NCBI GenBank assembly: GCA_051362555.1
Contig: CM120644.1
Coordinates: 16,266,534-16,330,533, forward strand
Length of the DNA: 64,000 nucleotides
Direction: 5' to 3'
DNA from: Lingula anatina
Lineage: Eukaryota; Animalia; Brachiopoda
The notes beneath the pieces were generated by a model. The model saw nothing but the letters and a program-made list of their open reading frames with translations. It made no database searches and was not told the DNA's origin. Positions 12,669 through 24,400 of this stretch are shown here, in pieces (the stretch's first letter is position 1; each line of letters opens with the position of its first letter). The position numbers were made by a program, and so were the translations under genes.

Positions 12669-14726
12669 ATAAAAAGGTTGCCCCTATGACAAGGAACGCA
12701 CATTATTATGGAAAGTCATGTAACTACAAAAGGCTATATAGATATTACTTCCAGCAACCCAGATCAAAATAAATTAAAAAAATTCTGAATTTAAGTATTA
12801 CTATAAGCAAAAGGTACAAGGTTAACATGGATAAGTATATGTTTGTTGCTTTGTCTCGTTATATATTAGGCAGTCAGCAAGGCTTTCCCCAGAGAGAGGC
12901 CTCAAAAGAATTCCCCCTTAGTACATATATATACTGAAAGACTGCTGTGGATGGCATATTAAATATTTTACGGAATGGCGGTATATTTCTAGTTGGACTT
13001 CCTGTATATCAGTGACCAAATATAGATGAACATTTTGGATTTCCTGCATCCCAAATGTTGGGGAAAACCCTTGGCAGCCAGCCAAACCTCTGTGAGGCCT
13101 GTATCTCTTCCTCAAGTATTGGTAATTATTTGTCAGTGGGTCCTTCAAGTGCATGTGAAGTACTTAATACCTATTTAAAGGTATGTATCCTATCTGGGGA
13201 AGTCTGATTTTCAGCTGAATCTCCTTCAAGAAAAAAGCAATCTTTTCCTATGTCAATATTAGCTGTAGCTGTTGATTGAAGAAAAATTACTTTATTCTTT
13301 TAAGCTTAAAATTGAACGATCTGTTTCTTCCTGCACTTGCCTTGGCCGAATGGGTTTGATCTTTTATAACAGTACATTGAAAAATAGTAATTTAGTTCTA
13401 AACAACTGGACAGACATTTAGCCTACTCAATGTTTCTCTATTTTTCAGAAAGAAATGTTGACAAGAGGTACTTTTATTTAAGGGGGTTCAATTTAGTTTT
13501 TAAGTGTCTGAATTAGAAAAGATGTCAAGTCTGATGAAGTTGCTTAGCAGCCTATATTGAAAAAAATCCCTGGGGACATTTTCAGAAAAGGATAATATGA
13601 TTTTATATATATGCATTGCCTGAGTGAGGGAGGGATTGATTGAATGAATGAGTGAATGAATGAGTAGATGAATGATTGAGGTATGGTTAAGTAATGACAT
13701 ATTGGTCATTAAGCGGAAAATCTTGAAAGTTTTATCAAGGACCATTTCATAGAGTATATGTTGCTAATGGTTTGTCCCTTTTGCCTTAAACATATAGATA
13801 CTGAACACTGCACTAATTTATCAAAATTTTCAATCACCTGATTTATATTGATATTGAATTAGATTCTAACAATTCTTAGTATTTATTAGAAAAAGAAACA
13901 TACTTTGTAACATATATATCCAACCTTCCAACACCTACAAAATAATCAACATTTTCAAGGACAGTAAATATTGGAAATCCATGGGGGAAATTATTAATTA
14001 TTTCACGCTGTTCAAATTAAATCAATGAAAACTGTAACTAATTTCTGCTGTAGAATGTTTGGCCTATTGTGGGAATAGTGGGATTTATGTGACTTAATTA
14101 CGGAACATTATCAGTAGCAAATGTGTGCCTGGGGCAATTCAAATATACATTGTACACATCCTTTTTTCACTGAATAATTCAGCAGGGCTGCCTGTGTCTT
14201 TGGCTGCAGTGAGAACAGCGGACTAACTAGTAAACACTAAAAATATTCCCTGTGGGGAAGTGTTACCTGTGGGGTATTAGTGGGTCGGCCATATTTGACC
14301 ATCAGACCAGCTAGTCCACTGTTCTGATTGCGGCCTTTATAATAATCGGCAGTACTTGCAGCCAGTGGTGCAGCCGAGTACTTGTAAGTCTGGGAATGGG
14401 GCCTTAAGGTCATGAGCCGACACCCCGCCCACACACACGAGCAAAACTCAGCACTAGTAGAAGCAGTGGCCATGCAGTGACTGAACAAATACACAAAATA
14501 TATTATTGGTCTGGCAACAATTTTATTGGCATTTGAAGTGGTGCCAGTGAGAATTTTAGCATTGTCTCAGAAAATGGATCCTTTTTCGACATTTGACTGC
14601 TGATGGTTTGACATTCAAGTCTGTTCAATTATCCAAAGTGCATATGTAACATGTTTTTCAACTATAATTGGATTTGTGTGTTCTCAGTGATCTGTTAAGT
14701 AGAACGCATTCAGAACAGCGGACTAA

Positions 14727-15133
14727 AGCCTGGGTCCCAACTGCGTTTTCAGGGGCGGATCCAGAGTTATTTTCTGACAGTCTTCCAATTTATCTTTATT
14801 GATCCATCCTCCATTTTTGAACGTCTTCCGACAGAAAAAATTAGATACCCGTCAATGTAAACTGGAAAATCTGACCGTCTTCCGGAAGACCCAGAAGACG
14901 CCCTAAATCCGCCTCTGGTTCTTTAGGTTTCTTGCATCCGGCCAGGATGTGGCTAGATCGCAAGGAAGGAATCAAGCAGCTGTTGATCATGTCGAAAAGT
15001 TTCTACGTGCTTTTTGTGTCCTCCAAAAATCGTACAATCAATGTGCTCTTCACGCACGAACACCCACGTTTTCCTCATTTTTTTGGCATTAGACCACACA
15101 TAGCAGCCCATACGTTTGGTTGGGACCTAGGCT
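14727..15133. mobile_element. Harbinger-like MITE (middle element of the nest)
   Basis: TIR AGCCTGGGTCCCAAC...GTTGGGACCTAGGCT; TAA on both flanks. Confidence 0.8.
14750..14917 (+). mobile_element. hAT-like MITE family C copy (innermost element of a nest)
   Basis: CAGGGGCGGAT...ATCCGCCTCTG; flanks GTTTT/GTTCT. Confidence 0.85.
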
Positions 15134-15245
15134 TAACAGATCTGCAGATCAAATATGGCAACTCACTATAAAGCTTGCTACATTCAAGTGGGTTTGCCAT
15201 ATGAACCGCAAATCTGTTAGTCCGCTATTCTGATTAAGCTCTCAA

Positions 15246-15527
15246 AGGGATAATAACTGTTCATTTCGGGTAAACGATAATTTTCTTATACTTACCAATG
15301 GTTAGTGAAACCAGTTCAATCTTCAAAGCCAGTCCAATGTCTTAGTATTTTTTAAGTATGTTTTTGGTACTAGTCTATGTGGTCTGATGGCAAGCACAGA
15401 TTCCATAATTATTGCGATGACTGCTGTTTTGGTGGTAAAATAGTATATGTTGCTAGTATATTTCTACGAGTCGTTTACGATGAATTTATTGTGAAATGTG
15501 AATTTCACACGAACAGTTATTATCCCT
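15246..15527. mobile_element. Kolobok-like MITE copy
   Basis: Perfect 17-bp TIR AGGGATAATAACTGTTC/GAACAGTTATTATCCCT; flanks TCAA/TTAA. Confidence 0.7.
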
Positions 15528-17128
15528 TTAACTTATTATGATGTAACACCTGTTCCATGATTTAGATTAGATGGTAGTTTATTTTTCTAGGGCTGCCCCA
15601 ACATTCTCTCTTGAAATATACTCAGTCTGTGCCAAAAAAAAAAAAAAAAAAAAAAACTTGAAGGTCAAGAGGCCTTCATTTGACGACCAGGGTTTAAGTA
15701 TCGGAACAAGATCAGCAATTATGGCCATTAGCTAATTAGGAAAATTTACACAATTCTACTGTCCTGGTTTCAGTTTTAATTACTGGCATTTGGCACAAAG
15801 CCACTATTAACGTCATATACTGTCTCACTCAGTTTATAGCTCCTTCATAACAAGTGCTGAGATCAGGGTTTTTTTTTTGCGCACCTCGAGACTACAGCAG
15901 CACCTGTGGCCTTCTTCGTGTGACAGTGACGGAGATCAACTCCAAATTATTTCGTGCAAATAATCCTGATTATAGTTGTTGTTTTGAAGAAACTGCACAC
16001 TGTAACTATTAGACTAGTGTAATATGTTTGAGCGGTTTTGTGTGCATATGTATCTCCTTTCTCCATTACTGTAATTGGATGCATAAAAACATGCAATGGA
16101 GGACTTTTTTTTTTTTGTTTTTGTTTTTTTGAAAGGTTGTGATATGGAAGACTGCATGCAGAGATAATGGCAGTGTTTGGATTCAGTGGTTATATTGAGA
16201 AAAACAATTCTGCTGGTTCTAGTATTGATTATGGCCATTTATGGGCCAATAAGATAATTGTTTTACCAATCAAATCAAATTAAATCAAATCAAATCAAAT
16301 CAGATGCAAAAAAAAAAAAAAAATGATTAAGTGCAATAATGTTAAAAAAGTTAAAATCTTGTGTTTTCAGGATTTTTTAAAGGTCCACTTTAATATCTGC
16401 TTTTAAAACTTATAGATACATAATTTTATAATCACAAACTATATTTCTATATTGCGTTTCTGGTGCTTTGACTGCATATAGAATAGAACTATAGATCAGT
16501 CATGCAACTGCTTTTGAATTTTTGTTGATACCACATGCACACAATAGGAATATTGTAATTTTAAGAAATTGTGACATAGAAAATACAGTATCTGTAAAAT
16601 TCACAATTTTTTCCCATTTAAAAGATTGAATTACTGAGCACGAGTGCAGTTAACAGAGTTTTAAGATTGATTAACATAATTTATGCAACATGAAAAAAAA
16701 TACAAAAATGAAAACAATTGAAAAGCTGCATAAGTTTAACAAAATGAAATAGCACAGCTGCATAAGTTATACTGAGTTTAAAAATAGGGAGGAAAAAAAA
16801 TCCTTGGAAATTTGAGATTATTCACATAGATTTATGATAGCAGTGAATGGCAATGAATTCAGTTTAGGATGACATAAATTAAGTCTATTTCTGGTTTATA
16901 TAAAACCTAATGTTAACATGGCTCAGTGGTTTTAAATGGGTCATATACCAGAGCCAGGCATTTACTACCTAATCAGCATATGGTTTCCAACTGATTACAG
17001 GTAGTGGTGGTTTTCATTGCTGACAGGTTAGACTGCAAGGTGAAGTATTCAGTGGAATATGTAGCGCATGCTGTGTCTTGCAGCTTCGAATTTACTAGAA
17101 GAAAGTGTTATTTTGCACAGAGCCTTAG

Positions 17129-17165
<37 letters not shown>

Positions 17166-18436
17166 GAGTGGGGTGTGTGTGATAGATACGGGGATAACCC
17201 AAACTTTTTAATCGGCAAAAATTATTAATCTTTCAAATTTAAATAATTCTGGAATCCAAAAAATTATATTTCTTTTTAGCATGCATGCTGCTTTGACTGT
17301 AAAGAACTCTCGGGCAGCCTGCTTTTCAATCTTGTCCTTACCAGTCAATGAAATATTTCTAACTTGAAGAATATATGACTTGAAAACACAATATTTGTAA
17401 AATTCACAATTTTCCCCCATTGAAAAGATAGTCATTACCATAGTGATTTGAGCAGCTATTTTAATGGCATGATCTCCTGTAGCTCTCATGTGAGATTTGT
17501 TGTTGAATATGAGATGTTTCAACGGGTTAAGGAAATCCCCTGCTGTGATTTCATGTTTTAAGTGTACCTGAGGTGGATATGTATGTTTTTTATAATAGTA
17601 TTTATTAATGAGTCACTGTGCCTATAGATCTGGCATGGAAGTTTGGAGTTGCATGGAAGTTGAAGGAAGCTAAGAGATTATCGAAAATATCGCTGTCAGT
17701 GGCATCATGATGTTGTTTATTTACCAGATATTTGTTTTGCGCAGGGTTTACTGAAAGTTTGTTGTCATTCCAACAACATTTTTGTGTGTGTTGAAGTGTA
17801 CTAGTACTCTTATATCATATTTGAAATCTGAAATGGTATCACAAATCATTTTTAAAATTTTTTACCAGTTTTAACTGTTAATAAATTTTTATCAGTGAAC
17901 ATTTGAATTTTTCATGTTAGTTGCTGAAGAAACCTTCAGTCCAGCTATCCATTTATTCATTTATTTTCTATATTTCAGTAAAATTTGTGTTTAATTACTT
18001 GTATGTTTGTTTCACTTACCAAAAAACTTCCCCCTGCCAATTCCTCATAGTAGTGATTTACATTACTCTAGTAATCTTGATTTTTCCATTTATAGTCATA
18101 ATCTCATAATTTGAATAGATTGTAATCATAATTTCATTAGAAATAAGAAACCTTTCCCAGACCCAGAACTAACTGTGATTAGATCTATCTCTGAGGGGAT
18201 TCTCGCTAAATTGCAATCAAGGGTGCGAGGGTGTAAAAAATTATCGTTAAGTAGCTTCAGTAGGCATGCCAGCTGACATTTAAGTCGCCTAAGCTGAAAG
18301 TAATTTAGTGAGAAACCCTTTAGAGATGGATTGATCCTGTTAGATCAATCTAGGTATGGGAACCCAGTCTAATATTTGGTTTTTCAATGCAATTTATAAT
18401 TCATCTGTTCATTTCAGTTAGTAAGGACATTTAAGT

Positions 18437-18611
18437 ATGGCAGGACCTCAGAGTGGAGAGTTGCACCACTTTAATAAGACCGGTGTGGGGACACCGGGAC
18501 ACCAGCACCATCTTCACCATCACCATCATCACCACCATCACCAGCCACACCATCACCATTTGATGCACCATGACAACATCAGCGATTCCACAGAACAGCT
18601 TGTGCCCACAG
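18437..18611 (+). CDS. Coding exon 1: start codon and poly-His N-terminus
   Basis: Acceptor atttcag ends 18417; in-frame TAG TAA upstream; aagtATGg; [11 protein letters not shown]...[15 protein letters not shown]...LVPT; donor G|gtgagg, phase 1. Confidence 0.78.
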
Positions 18612-21137
18612 GTGAGGGTCTTATATTGTTGGAAATGCTCTTTTGTCCTGTGTCCATGATTATCATCAAAAAATTTATTATTAGGTGATGACAAATGTTT
18701 TTAAAATGTGATCAAAAAATTTTAAATTTGTGAAAAAGATGTTATAATAATATTTTGACCAAAATGTATTAAAAACATTTTAAAAGAAACATTAACATAT
18801 TAAAATAATATTTTTCCAAAACGTTGTAAAAAACGTTTTAATATTGTTTTCACCAAAACATTTTAAAAATGTTTTTTAAAAATGTTTTAATAACGTTTTC
18901 ACCCAAACATTTTAATATCATTATAAAAAAAAACATTTTAATAACATTTTCACCAAATCGTTTTTAAAACATTATTAAAAATCATTTTAATAACATTATA
19001 AAAAAACATTTTAATAACATTTTCACCAAATCGTTTTTAAAACATTATTAAAAATCATTTTAATAACATTTTTACCAAAACATTTAAAAACATTTTTTAA
19101 AAACATTTTTATAACATTTTCACCAAAGCATGTTAAAATGTTAAAAAAAATGTTTAAATAACATTTTCACCAAAATGTTTTAAAACGTAATTAAAAAATG
19201 TTTTAATGTTTTCACTGAAACACTTTTAATACTTTTTAAAACTTGTTTATTATAGTGTTTTCACCAAACTTTTTTAAAACATTATTAAAAATGTTTTGAT
19301 AATTTTTTTCATCAAAACAATTTAAGATTGTTAAAAACTGTAATAATAACATTTTCACCAGAATGTTTTAAAAACATTATAAAAGAAATATTTTAATAAC
19401 ATTTTTTCCAAAACCTAAATAAACGTTCTAAAAACATTTTCACTTAAACATTTTAAAAACATTTTAAAAAATGTTTTAAAATATTTTCACCAAAACATTT
19501 TTAAAATGTTATTAAAAACATTTTACTTACGTTTTTACCAAAACATTTTAAAAACATTTTCACCAAAAGGTTTTAAAATGTTGTAAAAATGTTTAGATAG
19601 CATTTTCATCAAAATGTTATTAAAAATATTTTAATAATGTTTTCAACTAAACATTAAAAAAAAAATGTTTTAGTAATGTTTTCATCAAAATATTTTAAAA
19701 ATGTAAAAGAAATGTTTTAAGAAGATCTTTTCCAAAACGTTTTTAAAATGTTATAAAAAAATTTTTAATAACATTTTCACCAAAACATTTGAAAACATTT
19801 TAAAAAATGTTTTGATAACATTTTCACCAAAATGTTTTTAAAATGTCATAAAAAAACATTTAAATTACGTTTTTACCAAAACATTTTAAAAACAGTTTCA
19901 CCAAAACATTTTTAAAATGTTATTAAAAACATTTTACTTACGTTTTTACCAAAACATTTAAAAACATTTTCACCAAAAGGTTTTAAAATGTTGTAAAAAT
20001 GTTTAGATAACATTTTCATCAAAATGTTATTAAAAATATTTTAATAATGTTTTCAACTTAACATTTAAAAATTAAAAAAAAAATGTTTTAGTAATGTTTT
20101 CATCAAAATATTTTAAAAATGTTAAAGAAATGTTTTAATAACATTTTCACCAAAACATTTAAAAACATTTTTAAAAATGTTTTAATAATGTTTTCACCAA
20201 AACATTTTTAAAATGTTATAAAAAAACATTTTAATTATGTATTTACCCAAATTTTTAAAAACATTTTTAAAAAATTGTTTTAATAACATTTTCACCAAAA
20301 GGTTTTTAAAATGTTATTAAAAGATTTTTTAATGATGTTTTCACCAGAATGTTTTAAAAACATTATGAAAATGTTTTAATAATGTTAGTAAAATGTTTTG
20401 CAAATACGTTATGGGGACAATGTTTTGAAAATGTTTTCCAAATGTTGTGTATAACATTTTCACCAAAATGCTTCATAAACTCTATGAAAATGTTTAAACA
20501 ATGTTAGTAAAATGATGTGCAGAAATGTAACTGTGACAACCTTTTAAAAATGTGTCGAAAATGTTATGTATTTGTTGGATTATTAGAAGATGTCATTGAC
20601 CTTGATGCATTAATCAATGACCTATATTTTTTCAGACAACATTGACCTTGATGCAATAATCAGTGACCTATATTTTTTTCTGATGATATTGAATTTGATG
20701 CATTAATCAATGACCTATATTTTTTTAGACGACATTGACCTTGATGCATTAATCAATGACCTATATTTTTTCAGACAACATTGACCTTGATGCATTAATC
20801 AGTGACCTATATTTTTTCAGACGACATTGACCTTGATGCATTAATCAATGACCTCCATGCAAGCTGTGTAACTAACGTACCAAATACTGGCAGTAAATCT
20901 GAGGACCACGGCCCCAGTGACCTGTGGCCAGCCCCACCCCCTCCCCTTCCAGGGGCCAATCATGAGGAGGGCGGACGCAGAAACATGCCTCTGCCACCGC
21001 CACCTTCCTCTGTGGCATTTCATAATGTGGGATTCCACAGTGAGCATGGTGAGTAAAAGCTGTGAGGTTTACACTTAATTCACACCCAAAGTGCCTGATA
21101 CATGTATAGAAATCACTTTAAGCCTGTAATATGAATT

Positions 21138-21209
<72 letters not shown>

Positions 21210-21372
21210 TTGCTACTGGCTCTGTCTTGTGTCAATAGATTCATAGAACCTGGGTGCAGACATGAGCTTTTTCCAGGGAATCACGGAATTCCACTTTTTT
21301 TACATGACCCCCGAGCAATTAAACACAAAAAAATTTATGTTTGGTGTTTGGTTCCACAATAAAAGTTCAAAG

Positions 21373-21403
<31 letters not shown>

Positions 21404-24400
21404 AAAACCTGGGCTTTTATCTGTGGGTGGAAGGCCAGTCATCTGAAAATTTTCATAACACCTTGTTACTACTACAGGATAGGGGAGGGGAGGGGAGGGG
21501 AGGAGTAGAGCAGGGGAGAATAAAGAAAGGAAGGGTAGGGTGGGTTATGTATAAGGTGGGGTGGGTAAGGTAGGGTAGAGGAAAAAAATTAAATGTTATA
21601 AGGCAAAGTAGGGTCTAATTAAGGGGTCGTTCCCAATGAAATTAATAACCTGCCTCTGTTTCAGTTTGCCTCACTCACTGGGGCCCAGTTTCACAAAAGA
21701 ATCCTAGTTTAAATATAAGTCTAAACCTTTAGACCAATATATTTATATATATATAATTTGGTCCACTTTTTAGGTTAGATCCATTAAGGTTTACTTGTAA
21801 ATAAAGTTAGTGTTTGTCTGAATTAGTCTATCTTTTGTATTAAAAAAAAAACTGGCACAGAGCAACATTTAGTTTTATTGGAATATTAATATATACTACT
21901 ATTTGACTTGAAGCAGACTTAGACTGCATTTCCAAAGATGTTAGATCGATCTATCCCTGTGGGGAGTCTCACTTGATTACTGTCAGCTTAGCCGGCTTAA
22001 GCGTCTGTCCCGCCTACTGAAAGCTGCAAGGGGGTAATTAACTATGGTGTGCGCTCGGCTGACTGCAATTTAGCGTGAAACCCCACGGAGTTAGGTCGAT
22101 CTAAATCTTAATCTCTGGATCGATCTTAATCTCTGGGAATACACCCTTAAATTCTACCATCCTCATTTGCATAGCGAGATCATGTGACATGCATAGATCT
22201 GCCCCGAAGCAAGTCAATGCGCAGTGAACTTTCCTAGAAGCCGGATGTGTTTTAAGAATGTTTCCATTTTGTGTTTTTTTGAATGCTGTTCAAGTGATAA
22301 ACAATTTACCGTTTGTTCACAGAACCTTGGAACAGTTATTTAAGAACTTTGTGGCAAAACTGAGCATTAAATTTGGTGTATTTTGATTGCAAAAGTGGTA
22401 AAATGCTGACCATTCCTGAAACAGTTATCAATATGGCTGCCACAGCAAACTACACAGCCTCAGATGATTTTGGTTAAGTTGGTACAAAGAACACTAAAAT
22501 TTTGTTTCTTAAGTTTGCATTTATTTTTGGGCTAAAGCTCCTTTTTTCTGTTCTTAAAAAAGTATTTGTCTTTCATTGATTGGGTTTTCCATCATTACTT
22601 TGTCAGGAAAAGAGTTGTAAGGGCATGAGAGATAAGCCAAGTGCTCAGTGTTGACATTTTATAATTTGACATATTTGTACATTATATCCTGCAAATTTGA
22701 CAAGGTTATGTATGATTTGATCATGCCAACTTGAGTTTCTGTATTTTTTTTCAAACTACAGCAGCATGATTCTAGCCAAGAATTTTTTTTATATTTTTTT
22801 ATGAGAACTGGTATTTCAGATCCTGATGCTATCTCTAAGAAACTTTGCACCCACATAATATCATGTTGACTCATGTGAAAAATTTACTCGTTTACTTTGG
22901 CCAAATGATTTTATATTTTTCTTATCAAGTTTGTTATATGCCTTGTACCCTTAAAAATTCTGTAAGTCACAGAAAGAAAAAAGAGCATTTAGTGTTCAAA
23001 TTTCAAGGTTGTATCACAGTGGACATTCAAGCTCAGTTCAATACTATAGGTCAGATAATTGAATGTTGGTTACTAGTATTTGTGCAGTGTACTAAGTACC
23101 CATAAGTGTATAAATGTGTTACATTGAGGCAGAGGGAGAGAATAATTGGCTTAGATCTTTTGTGATCTGAAATTGCACTTTAAGACCAAATCAGGCGCAC
23201 TTGTATTACATTGAGGAGGGGGGGGGGGGGGTAAAGAGAATAATTGGCTTTAAAAATTCCCTGAGCTTTTTTATTGCCGAATGAGGTCACTGCTAATAAC
23301 TCATGACTGTCCACTTAAGTTAAATGTGAATTTAATTCAATTATCTCACTGCAATTATAGCCTAGGGTGAAGAGTACATAGAACACAATCTTTAGTATCT
23401 GCATAACCGCATTTCACTCCCCTGAACAGTGTTTTTATCAATTCTGTAATATTTAAACAAATTGACCATATTGCCAAGTCATTAAATTGGCTGTACCGTT
23501 CAGTTTTATTTCTACTTCAATTTAGAATTCTTTGTTCAAATTATAGAAATGTATGCATTGTACGTAGGCGTAGTAGAGTTCCAATTCCCTTAAGTTAATG
23601 GTCTTTTACAGTAGAGATTTATGGACATACTTAGCCTATGCTAAGCACTTTGGGTGACCTCATTGAATTAATGTAACTATAATTTTAAATTAGGGACTTA
23701 AATTTATATTAGTATTCATTTTAAGTACCATGGGCAGTGGGAAATGTGAAAATGAACCCCAGTGAATGTCACATTAATTTGGCAATTCTGCTGGTAAGTC
23801 TATAACTTTTTTTGTGTGTGTAAACAGGCCCAAATGTACCCAACTAACATTGAAGCAGAGGTCACTGACCAAGGAAACAACTGACCTGGGAGGTCATTGA
23901 CCTGATCAGGGGTCGGAGAGGTTTCATGTTTATGTGGGCTCTGTACTGTATGACTTTTTATTTGACCACTTTGAGAATCAGTCCTCTTTTTGACAGATTT
24001 AAATTATACCACATGAGATTCAGTATAATGGATGTTCAACTTCAAGCTGGCGACAGAATTGTTTAACAATGGGTAAGCTAGGCTTATGTAAACTTGCATG
24101 AAGGTGTGCCTGTTTTGCCTTTACATCAAAGCAGATGTACATTTGAGCTTTGTGAAATGCGTTTTTCATTCAGTGAGAAATGTTAGAGAAAATGTTTACT
24201 TTTTTTAAAGGTATTCAGCTGTACATGTCCCAATAGCATTATAGTTGCAGATTGAAATTTTATTTATTTTATCATGTTTTTGAAAAATATTACAGCGGAT
24301 TCTCAGACTGATCAGAAAGGTAGGCTGTAGTAGAGAATAATCGTGCAAGCATGTACAATATGAATATTTACTTTTGATCAGGGTATTTTTGAGAAGGGTA

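Larger units (their letters stand above)
14702..15241. mobile_element. MITE family B (outer element of the nest)
   Basis: CAGAACAGCGGACTAA|CAGAT...ATCTGTTAGTCCGCTATTCTG; relatives at 14202-14335, 42967-43138 and about 24456-24680. Confidence 0.7.
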
